This document shows, piece by piece, positions 1 through 9,632 of a stretch of 64,000 nt of DNA. The notes below the pieces were generated by a model. That model had not been told where the DNA came from. It searched no databases and worked only from the letters and a program-made list of their open reading frames with translations. This stretch comes from Minutocellus sp. GHC0000111 (Eukaryota): positions 1 through 64,000 of the forward strand of contig OZ361259.1 of assembly GCA_977018835.1 (NCBI GenBank), given 5' to 3'. How positions within the stretch are numbered: position 1 is the first letter of the stretch; each line of letters starts with the position of its first letter. A program made the position numbers and the translations under genes.

Positions 1-1640
1 GAATCACGAGATGGGATCGCACAAATTGCTGTCGAAATACTTTCATTGTACGGTGCTCTACCAAAACAAGAACAGGATTATGCCATCAAGACGCCGTCTT
101 CCGGTGGACGAAGGAGAATTATTGTTGCGTCACCCATTGCAGAGGCCTCTCTTACGTTGGAGCGGGTCACTTGTGTGGTAGATTCGGGCCTTCGACGAGA
201 ACCAAGGTCAGACAGAGACACTGGTATGCCGCGTCTAGTCACCACTCAGTGCTCCAGAGCGTCGGCCATCCAGCGAGCCGGTCGGGCCGGGCGAACTCGC
301 GAGGGGGCGTGTATTCGGTTGTTTTCAGAGGGTGAGTTCAACAACAAACTTCCCTCCCAGACCGCACCGGAAATTTTGAATGCGGATCTTTCGACTATTG
401 TGATGCTGCTACTTGATTGGGGCGTTTCAAGGCCCGAAGAAATACTGCAAGATCTTCCTTTCGTCGACCCTCCTACCGGGGATGCGCCACAAAGAGCCTT
501 GAGTCTTTTGAATAGCCTTGAAGCGGTCGAGGAGCTGGACGGTGGACGCAGGGTTTCCATCACGGATCACGGAAGAGCAATCAATATGTTACCGATGCAC
601 GCACGGTTAGCCACTTGCATTGTACGAGCATCTACAGAGGCTGAGCTTGCAATAGCTGTCATCACAGCGGCCTTACTTGATAGCGATGCGCCGGTATCAC
701 AAGGCCGAACAACTGCCGATTTGTCAATTCGCGTCGAGGATGTACAATCAGATGAAAAGTCGGCCAAGAGCATTGGGAAATATGCCGCAAGAATCAGTAG
801 CGATGCCCTCGACGCCGTGAAGAAGATCATTGGTGAACAAAATTTTCGGACTGATGCCATCGCGAGCCTCGGCATTTCACTTTTGCCTGGCTTTTCGGAT
901 CTCGTTGCTCAAGAAATACGATCAGATAATGGCGGCTCGATTTACAAGCTTGCTCTTGGTCGAAATGCAAAGCTATTCACCGATTCTAGTTCCCCGGAAT
1001 ACAGTGTAGTTGTAGAGACTGCTACAGGCGATGATGGAAATGCCCGAATCACGGCGTTTGCACCAATTGATCGGAAATCTCTCGAGGGTATTGCCAGAGA
1101 GATTACCAAGGTCTACACTGAACCAACAAAAGGCCACGAGGTACGGGCTAGACGAGTGATTTGTATTGGAGATATTGAACTCTCGTCAAATCCACTGCCT
1201 TCGCCGCCCGCGGATGAGGTTGCCAGCGTCCTTCTTGATGCAATCCGTCGGCTCGGTGGCGTGTCTGATGCATTATTGAAGCCTTTGCCCAAATCGAAAC
1301 GCGAAGAAGTCGAAGGGCTGAGAGATTGTGTGCGCTTAGCGTATGATCTGTCGGCAGAAGAAGAGAGGGAATTCTTTTCTCCTCACTTTGCGGCGCTCGA
1401 CGCTCAAGAACGAGGAGAAGGAGATGAAACTGACGCTCTTCTGTTGGAAGAATTGGTGGAACCATGGCTTGGCGCTTGTTCGTCACTCGCAAGCGTTGAT
1501 TTGTACGAAATACTCGTAAATGCTCTTGGTGGTATGGAACGCCAGATCGATGAGATTGTTCCTCAGCGCATTGAAGCCCCTGATGGGTTCTCTATCAGGA
1601 TTACCTATGCTGATGGCGTTCCATTGGCGTCGGGGAAGTT
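1..1640 (+). pseudogene. hrpB: HrpB-like DEAH-box RNA helicase, 5' part outside the window, 3' end truncated
   Basis: Motifs IVASPIAEASLTLERVTCVVDSG and QRAGRAGR, then HA2-like and C-terminal regions. The reading breaks off at P.RIEAPDG..I.Y....PLASGKL and runs into another gene's signal peptide. Confidence 0.8.
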
Positions 1641-2402
1641 ACCCTTGTGGCCCTGCTGATCTGCGGCGCTTCGGCATTTGTTCCCCAGAGCACGAGCCAT
1701 CGTCAGGTCGCCGCCACAACCAGCCTCGGAATCTTCGATCAGTTGAGCCAACTATTCGCTCCCGCTGAAACCAAATCGGCGGCAGGTACCGAATTTGACG
1801 AGGAGATCAACGACTGCATTGCCATCCTCAATTCAGCGGCCAATACCAAGGCCGAGGATCCTGAGGCGGTTGTTACTGCGCTCGAAAATCTCGAGCAACT
1901 TGTACGGAAGAAGGCCAAGGTAGACCCGGCGTTCGCACAGGACGTATTGACCAATCTCAATGGCAGTTGGAGGCTCATCTTCACCACCGGAACCAAAACC
2001 ACGCAGGATCGCATCCAAAAGACCGTCAACTACTTCCCCATCAAGGCACTGCAACCATTCGATACCTCCACTGATCCCTATGGAATTGAAAATGGTATCT
2101 ACTTGGGTGACTTTGCCCTTGTCAAGTTCAGCGGACCGTTTGACTTTGACCTCGTGAAGCGCAAGTTGGAGTTTGACTTTACCAAGATTGCCGTCCTGGG
2201 CTTCGAGATTCAGATCAAGGGCGAGGATGCCGCCAAGATTGGGGCGAGTACTGGGCTGGGATCGGAGAGCAATGTGAAGAATAGCGAAAAGGGCAAGCGG
2301 CCGTTCTTCAATTGGATAAGTGCTGACGAGACCATTGCTACCGCAAGAGGTGGCGGCGGAGGACTGGCGCTGTGGAAGAGAGTTGTGGAAGAGGAGGAGT
2401 AG
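1641..2402 (+). CDS. Plastid-targeted PAP/fibrillin-like protein, start codon missing
   Basis: Reads TLVALLICGASAFVP (signal peptide + ASAF motif), with LNGSWRLIFTT and ARGGGGGLALW. No in-frame ATG between the in-frame TGA at 1611 and the signal peptide. Confidence 0.7.
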   Translation, partial: TLVALLICGASAFVPQSTSHRQVAATTSLGIFDQLSQLFAPAETKSAAGTEFDEEINDCIAILNSAANTKAEDPEAVVTALENLEQLVRKKAKVDPAFAQDVLTNLNGSWRLIFTTGTKTTQDRIQKTVNYFPIKALQPFDTSTDPYGIENGIYLGDFALVKFSGPFDFDLVKRKLEFDFTKIAVLGFEIQIKGEDAAKIGASTGLGSESNVKNSEKGKRPFFNWISADETIATARGGGGGLALWKRVVEEEE

Positions 2403-2449
2403 ATCTATTGATTTTGCTGTTAAAAGGTAAATATTGTAGGTAGCTAGCG

Positions 2450-3547
2450 TTATTCTACTGGTTTAAGGAATCGAGCTGTATTCTCTGCAAGAACCTTCGC
2501 CGTACGTTCTGGCTCCCAACCAAGCATTTCTGACAAATCAATAAGCCCATTCATCAGTATCTTATCGGAATCCCTTCGATCACTCCCCTCAAAGTCGAAA
2601 TCGATTGCATTCCAATCGGATTCAATGAGTAGACGGCACTCTCCCATCGGAGCATCCTTTACTAAACCATTGACAAAACGCGATGCCTGCTTCTTGTAGA
2701 GATTGGTCCAAGCATTGAACCCCACAAATACTCGGACATTGTCTTCATTGCTGCCATCACTGCTGCCTCGCCGTAATCGCTCCTTCTTGTTCCTCGGTCG
2801 ACCCTCAACAATGTTGATCACCCGTTTGAGTGTCTCAATAGACCCCGAGAAGGAATGGAGGCACACCGTCGGTGGCAAGTGATGTCCCATATCCGCCTCT
2901 TCAATCAGCATGTCCACCAATGCCCCATCCGCCTTGACCGAGTGGACCGATATGGGCCGACTCAGCTCGGCAGCCAACCGCAAATGGTGACGAAATATCG
3001 GCATCTGATGCGATTCAAAGGCATGGCGGTAGGGACCATTGTTATCGAGACCGCACTCTCCAACCAGGCTCCACGGTGAGGCTATTAAATGCGACCTAAG
3101 ATCTGATAGCCAGGCATTGTCCGAAGGCGATGGGTCGGGATTGTCTATTTCGTCGGCACATTGTGGGTGTATTCCAGCAGCCGGACGCACTGCCGATATA
3201 CCGAGACCAGTGGGCTTGGGACATGTTTCCTTGCCACAATACTTCCAATCCAATGGATCTACTGACACAACCACATACTCCCTTGCATTCAAACCAGGAA
3301 CTCTTGCTCCGTTTTGTCTCGTGTCTTCGGCAAAGGAATCCCTTGCCTCGTCGCCATAACCTGCCGTGTGGGCGTGAGTATCGGTGAGGAGGGGAAGGTA
3401 TTGGTGCAAATTTTGGGGCACTGGTCGCAGGGCATGGGCCATCTGCTTGCGCTGGCCCGATCCGATGATGTCCAGAGGTGGTGCGGGGCGCAAAAGCCAT
3501 GGGAATACTACCGCAGCAGCGGCCGGGGAAGCGGCACCGGTCGTCAT
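2450..3547 (-). CDS. TatD-family metallo-dependent hydrolase/DNase
   Basis: TatD motifs DTHAH, GIHP, GECGLD, HSV, LHSFSGS and IESD in a 365-aa ORF. Confidence 0.85.
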   Translation of the reverse strand: MTTGAASPAAAAVVFPWLLRPAPPLDIIGSGQRKQMAHALRPVPQNLHQYLPLLTDTHAHTAGYGDEARDSFAEDTRQNGARVPGLNAREYVVVSVDPLDWKYCGKETCPKPTGLGISAVRPAAGIHPQCADEIDNPDPSPSDNAWLSDLRSHLIASPWSLVGECGLDNNGPYRHAFESHQMPIFRHHLRLAAELSRPISVHSVKADGALVDMLIEEADMGHHLPPTVCLHSFSGSIETLKRVINIVEGRPRNKKERLRRGSSDGSNEDNVRVFVGFNAWTNLYKKQASRFVNGLVKDAPMGECRLLIESDWNAIDFDFEGSDRRDSDKILMNGLIDLSEMLGWEPERTAKVLAENTARFLKPVE

Positions 3548-3748
3548 GGTTGTGGGTTACGGTTGTCTCATTACTAGTATGACTTCGATTCATTCTGCAA
3601 TTCTTCGACTCGCTCGTTCGAGCGACCAGTAACGTCCGTCCTTCCATCCGTCAGATTCCAGAAAACGGCACATCCCACTCCCGCGGGATGCCCGGGATAC
3701 CTGCGGTTGGGCTGGTCGTGTGGTCTTCGTTGCTGTCATTGTTGAGCC

Positions 3749-5782
3749 ATGGAGGCGGAAAGCGTGGAGGTACTGGGCGGTGACGTGGTCTTGGGATTGG
3801 TCGAGGCTGCCGGGGCTGCAGGTGAAGATGCTGATACTGACGGCCATTTTTCCGGCACTTCTTCGGACATCGGAAACGGTTCCTCCAAATCTGAGGAAGA
3901 AGAAGATGTGATAGAAGAGTATGTTCGCCAAATCCGGAACAACTATAAAGCAGTAGACATCATCGATCTCAATAAATTTGCATCAGAAAAATGGGATGAC
4001 TTTGAGCTCTCAGGCTCTGAAACCGACGCCGAGTGTGAAGCTATCGTAAACGCGGACATTGCCACTGTTTTCGATGCGCTGACTGAAAATGTTGTCGTGA
4101 AGAAGATTTATCTTGGCTTTCAAATGTCAAATGGAATCGAGTGCAAAATTACAAGAGTTGGGGCAGAGGCAATTTCCCGCGCACTCGCCAAGAATAAAAC
4201 CATATGTGATTTGGAGATCGCAGGAAGAACCTTCAGTGACGACGGAAGCCTCAACACTGTTCTCCGAGGACTACGAGAGAACAACAACACAAAGATCGAA
4301 ACACTCACTATTTCAGGATACGAAGCAGAAGAAATATTTGAGGGAGAAGGCCCCGAAGCCATCTTGCCACTAGATGGGATAAGGATTCTTGCCAACATTT
4401 TGAGTGAGAACACTTCGATAAGGGAATTAAGGCTTGTGAGCAACGCCTGCGCATGGACGCAAAATTGCTGTGCCGTTCTTTGCAGTGGCTTGAGGGCAAA
4501 CACGTCAGTCAAAATGCTGGATTTCCTGTATAATCAATGGCTCGACGAAGAAGAGATGGAAGTAATCTGCCAGGAAGTTGCTGGTAAGGCCAAAGTGAAA
4601 TATTGGTCCAACGCTTCTGCCAAACTTCCTCACTTCATTTTCAACAATCGTAACATCGAAGAGATCCGGATTACGTTCATGACCTTCGATACTCTAGATG
4701 AAGATTACTGGGAAAGCCTCACAGCGGCTTTTCGGAAAAACGATGCCATTAAAACAGCAATATTTACTTACAACGAAAGGACGACGAGGCAAGGAAAGTT
4801 TGACCCGCGCCTTGTTAACCTTGTGGAAGGATTGGTTAAAGGTTCAGTGGAAAAACTTTCGTTTAGGAACATGAACGTGGGAGATCGTGGCGTTGCCCAT
4901 GTTTGCCAAACATTATGCCGCTCTTCTACGATCCGCGAACTCAAATTGATAGATTGCGGCAATCGAGACCACCAGATCACGGCCGTGGGTGCAGAGGCTC
5001 TGGCTTCGTTACTACGCGAGAGCAAAACTCTGGAAAAACTCAAACTAGATTGTATTGTTTCAGAACCACAGTACTTCATCGGGAATCAGGGCGCCATTGC
5101 TATCGCTTCGGCCATAATCAATCGCAAAGCAAAAACAAAAACTCTCATGCTTGACACGTGTAACATTGGCGATACTGGTGCAATCGTGCTGTGCGGCCTT
5201 CTTGACCTACCAAAAGTAGGAATGGAGGCTTTATGCCTCAATGGGAATCCATTTGGAGTTTCCGTTTGCAGTGCATTCGCGAAAGCTTTGCGAAAGAATA
5301 ACCGCCTCGAAGTGTTAGAACTTGGTTGTCCACGAAAGGGGGAAACTACAGCTGCCGAGACAATATTGCACCTGCTTTTCTTGAACTCGTTGGAGGTCAA
5401 TTCTGTCCTAAGGAGACTAGTTCTTCCTTATGCCCCTGGCGCACACACAATGGAGGAAGGTCTAAAAAAGCGACATGCTCTCTGCAGACTATCACAAACG
5501 AACCACACCATCATTGGGATTTCTGCCTTGGGAAACAATCACAATTTTTTCGATGATAATATGCGCATTCCAAATAAGAAACATCCCCTTCTGGCCTCAA
5601 CAATGAAGGATGCTCCTTTCCCCGCAAATTTTATCAAGGATATATCGGGCGCGATTCTCGCAAATGCATTTGTTCGAACTGAAAGCATCGCCGGCCTTGA
5701 TGGGGTTTTTAGACTACTTCGTCAAGTTGGCGCTGAGGCCACTCGTTTCGCGAACTCGAAAAAAAGGAGCAGGGAGACGTAG
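3749..5782 (+). CDS. RNI-like leucine-rich repeat protein
   Basis: 677-aa ORF with repeats of the type L.L..CNIGD.GA..L and NxSxxxLxL, plus an acidic N-terminus. Paralog of the gene at 30789. Confidence 0.8.
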   Translation: MEAESVEVLGGDVVLGLVEAAGAAGEDADTDGHFSGTSSDIGNGSSKSEEEEDVIEEYVRQIRNNYKAVDIIDLNKFASEKWDDFELSGSETDAECEAIVNADIATVFDALTENVVVKKIYLGFQMSNGIECKITRVGAEAISRALAKNKTICDLEIAGRTFSDDGSLNTVLRGLRENNNTKIETLTISGYEAEEIFEGEGPEAILPLDGIRILANILSENTSIRELRLVSNACAWTQNCCAVLCSGLRANTSVKMLDFLYNQWLDEEEMEVICQEVAGKAKVKYWSNASAKLPHFIFNNRNIEEIRITFMTFDTLDEDYWESLTAAFRKNDAIKTAIFTYNERTTRQGKFDPRLVNLVEGLVKGSVEKLSFRNMNVGDRGVAHVCQTLCRSSTIRELKLIDCGNRDHQITAVGAEALASLLRESKTLEKLKLDCIVSEPQYFIGNQGAIAIASAIINRKAKTKTLMLDTCNIGDTGAIVLCGLLDLPKVGMEALCLNGNPFGVSVCSAFAKALRKNNRLEVLELGCPRKGETTAAETILHLLFLNSLEVNSVLRRLVLPYAPGAHTMEEGLKKRHALCRLSQTNHTIIGISALGNNHNFFDDNMRIPNKKHPLLASTMKDAPFPANFIKDISGAILANAFVRTESIAGLDGVFRLLRQVGAEATRFANSKKRSRET

Positions 5783-5925
5783 ACTGCGTCATCATATACT
5801 TTTCAAGTCAACACATAGAATCTGGGATGGCAAGCAAACGCAAACAATATACATTTGAGTCATTTGAATCATCGGGTAGCTACGTAATTATTAAAACAAC
5901 TCTGATGACTTTACTCGTACTTTTT

Positions 5926-7663
5926 CTATAAGAATGCCAACGATCCGCTAGGACGCTTGGTTGCCTGTCTCGACGTGACATTGGTCAAGCTTGCCGTCCG
6001 GGCAAAATGGGAGGCCCCTCCACCCGCGTCGTCCCGGATAGGGTCCACCCGGCGATGCGTGCGACGGTATTTGATTATGGCAGCCACAATAAGGGCAAGA
6101 AGGATAGAGGCCGAGCCAACTGCCAGCATGGTGATGCCTAGAATACGATACTCTTAAGCAAATTGAGCGGCGCTCATACGGCCACCCTCGGCACTGAGCT
6201 GGCGATTGTCGGAAAACACACCCATGGAGTTCGTCAGTGCCAGTCCATCGCTAATTTGAATACGACGGCCGTTGATGATGACCTCTTGTGGTGCATCAAC
6301 GGTGGAATCTCGGTTGGCGGCACCGCCAAAGACGAAAATTTTGTTGTTGTGGGAGGGTGAAGTCTCGGCAGCGAAGCGAAACCACTTATCATCGGGAAGG
6401 CCGGGGCCAGAAACGAAGTGCCAGTTGGCATCGGAGCCTTCGGCGGTGGGATCGTACATCTCAACTGTCCTGACGGGGTAGGTAACTCGTCGAGGAGATT
6501 GCTGGTTGACCTCCCAGGATTGGGCGCCGTGGCACTGCATGTTCTCATCTGTCCTGGTTTCTCCACCGAGGACGAAGAACTTGTTGTCAAAGGTAACAAC
6601 GGCGGAGTTGGCACGGCCAGTATTCATTTTTCCGGGCGCATAGGACCAACCGCGCTCTTCCTGGGCCGTGTCCAGCACCTCGACAGATCGAAAGGGGTGG
6701 CAGTATCCATCTTCGTGGCGGAATCCGCCAATCAAATACGCCTTGCTACCACTGACAACAGCCTGGACCTCGGCACGATGAAGGTTGGTGTGGGGCAATT
6801 GATCAATGGCGAGATTGTGCGACTCGCTGATCTGGGCGTTGGCGTGAGTGGTGAAAGTGTCAATGCGATACGTCTGTCGAGTGGCCTCGTAGCGGTCATT
6901 GTAGCCACCGGCAACGTAGAGCATGTTGTCAATAGCAAAGGCTGCGTGGTCAGATGTGAGTAGCTCAGCTGGGAGTGACCCCATCGTTGTCCATGTGTCA
7001 TTGGTAGTGTCGTAGACCTGAGTATAAAGTATCAAGAGGAAATTGCGTGAGATTAGATGCACCCTGATGCAGATAAATAATGTCTCATGCCATAATCTCA
7101 TGAAAATATAATAATGCGTTTGGACAACTCACATCGATCTCGGCTACAATGTTGTCATCGCGATCTCTGCCGCCGACAACCCAAATCTTGTCTCCAATCG
7201 CCGTTGCCGAGTGGCGCAATCTAGCCACGGGCATACGAGCCCTCTCCATAAAGTCATCCTGGGCAATGTCGTACTCGGTCACGGCATGCGATACATGAGG
7301 GCAGTACAAATTGAGGGAAGAGTCGACCGCCTCGGCGTTGCCGTTACGAATGTATCCCTCGACGGCATCGCATCCACCAATGTTATAGATCTTTCCGCTC
7401 GACTTGGCGGATGAGGCACGAATGCGCCCATTCTTGGCATCGCTGGATGTACCATCGGTCGAAATGTAGGTGGCAGTATGGTCCGAAAGGGGACGGGGCA
7501 GGGTCGCCGTGCGAGTTGAGAATTGGAGCATGTCTGGAGGCGGCAGGATGAGATTTTCCTCCAGTTCTGGCTCAACGGCAGAGGCGTCGTCGATACCTTG
7601 GAGCTTCCTCCAGGGCTGAGCGGCCAGGAGCTCCTCGGGGCTGGGCACCTCACCTACTTTCAT
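5926..7663 (-). pseudogene. Kelch-repeat protein with C-terminal TM helix; one intron and one in-frame stop
   Basis: Kelch motifs IYNIGG, IWVVGG, LYVAGG, AYLIGG, FFVLGG and IFVFGG. Intron 7018-7132 (GTGAGT..CAG) joins EID|VYDT. In-frame TAA at 6154-6156 precedes the TM segment LAVGSASILLALIVAAII-KYRR. Start position uncertain. Confidence 0.75.
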
Positions 7664-7848
7664 GGTTGATAGGATCTGGTCTGAGATATGAGGAGGTCGG
7701 CAAAGGGCGAGAGACGAGGAGGTTCTGTAGGAATCAGCATAAAATTTCTCACATTTTTTATTCAACGGGAACAGAAGTGTCAGAAATATACGGGACCAAT
7801 AAATTACGGGCGACAGACAGAGCGATTGGAATGAATGGGAGCAAAAAG

Positions 7849-8044
7849 TGGTGATACCGTGGAATACGTACGTACATATACATACGTACGGTACGTACGG
7901 TGATCAGACCACTGACTCAGTGCCCTCTCCTGACCGTTGATCCATGGGCCAACGACATCTCCGATGGCCCATTTTTCATCTACGTAGGTCCTATTAACCT
8001 CTACTAGCTATATCTATCTAGCTTAGCTTTAGGACCTCTTAGCA
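7849..8044 (+). repeat. 5' LTR
   Basis: TGGTGATACC...CTCTTAGCA. Matches 13873-14068 with 4 mismatches seen, all in the first ~50 bp. Confidence 0.95.
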
Positions 8045-8344
8045 GACCTACGTGATACATCTTTTCCACCCGTGCTCGCCCCATTTCGGTTCGCACCTCA
8101 CCGGTTTGTCTTGGGTTCTCTCACTCGTCACGCAAGAAAAACCGACACATCTTCAATCGGCCAAAACGACCGTTTCTTTCGACAATATTGGAACGACGAT
8201 CCAATCCCTTCCCCGAAAGTCCTGACCAGATCGACCCATCCAATCGATCACACTTCTCTGGATCGAACCTTTTCTGTCGATCACACGTCTCGCAGCAACA
8301 CCGCCGCCGTGCTGCCTGTCTTCTTCGCTGACTGAAACACCAGC

Positions 8345-9632
8345 ATGAATCCCGACGCAGTTTTTGGCCAACCTCTCGGCGCAGCGCCGATTCTCCCCAC
8401 CAAGTTAATCACACGTATGAATGACCCAGGACAACCTCCCCAACGCGAGCGTGTTGCCAAAGCGCTCAAGGAACTTCAACAAGCGGCGGCCAGCATTCCA
8501 GCAGGGTGCAATGACCATAACCTCTCGGCCATTTGGGCCTCGTCGTCAGCGATGCCGAATACACCACCAAAAGTAACGGCCGACCACATGTGCCTCCGGC
8601 AAATCCTGGCCCCAGCCCCACCATTCCCGCCGTGGCCAATCTAGACCAACGCGATCGTGCAATCCGGGGATGTTACATCGATTCGAAAAGGGCCACTACA
8701 ACTTGCACGAGCAAGTCAACACGGCGCTCAAGAATCTCCTCCTCGACTCGATCGACGCCGTCTACATCAATCATCTCGAAGATGACATGCTCGGTTTCCA
8801 GCCAGTCACCATCCGCCAAATCATCGACAGCATTACCGATCGCTACTTGAAATTCAACGAGACTCAGAAGGAGGAATTAGAGAAGCAGCTCGAGAAGCAG
8901 TGCGACGGGGGACCCATCGACACCCACATCGCCATATTCAACAAAGTCTTCAAGGCGTTTGAAACGGCCGGCGAACCCTTCACCAACAAGCAAAAGGTCT
9001 CCAAGTTCTACCGCTCCGTGCGCAGGTTCTCATTGGCAAAGAAGGCATGCGAGGACTGGGACGACAGACCGGAGGCCGAACGCACGTGGGCCAACATGCA
9101 GTCGGACTTCCGCGATTGGCATGATAAGAAGATGGCCAATACCACCACCGAAGCGGCAGGATATCATGGCGCGAATTTGGCCTCATCGGCCTCGGACGAT
9201 CCATTTCTTTCTCGAGCCGATCTCCTTTTGGCTGATACCACCGAAGCCCTCAAGACCAACCAAGCCATGATGGCGAACCTCGCCAAAAAGAGCAACGAGA
9301 AGGATGATACCATTGCCAAACTTCGCCAAGAAATAGCTTCACTCAAGGCCGAGAACCGCGTTCTGCGTGAGGGACGCAACCATACTGGTGGCAGTGGAGG
9401 CTACCGCGGCGGTGGCCAGCAGAACGGCGCCGGCCACTTCCCAGGCCAAGGTCCTAACCTCAACCGCCAGGAGAAGCGGGAACTGCAGTCGATCCTCCCC
9501 AGAGGCCATTATTGCCACACGTGCGGCTATTCGTCCAACCACCCCAGCCTTGAATGCACTTGCAAAGGGCCCAACCACGTTGATAACGCCACCAAGTACA
9601 ATCCTTGCGGTGGTAGCTCGCGTCGTAACTGA
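8345..9632 (+). pseudogene. gag: gag with two frameshifts (~8525 and ~8665)
   Basis: Pieces in three frames join as ASIP..GHLGLVVS.AEY..PPANPGP..LKNLLLDSIDAVYI..., ending with a zinc-knuckle-like YCHTCGYSSNHPSLEC and NPCGGS. Confidence 0.85.
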
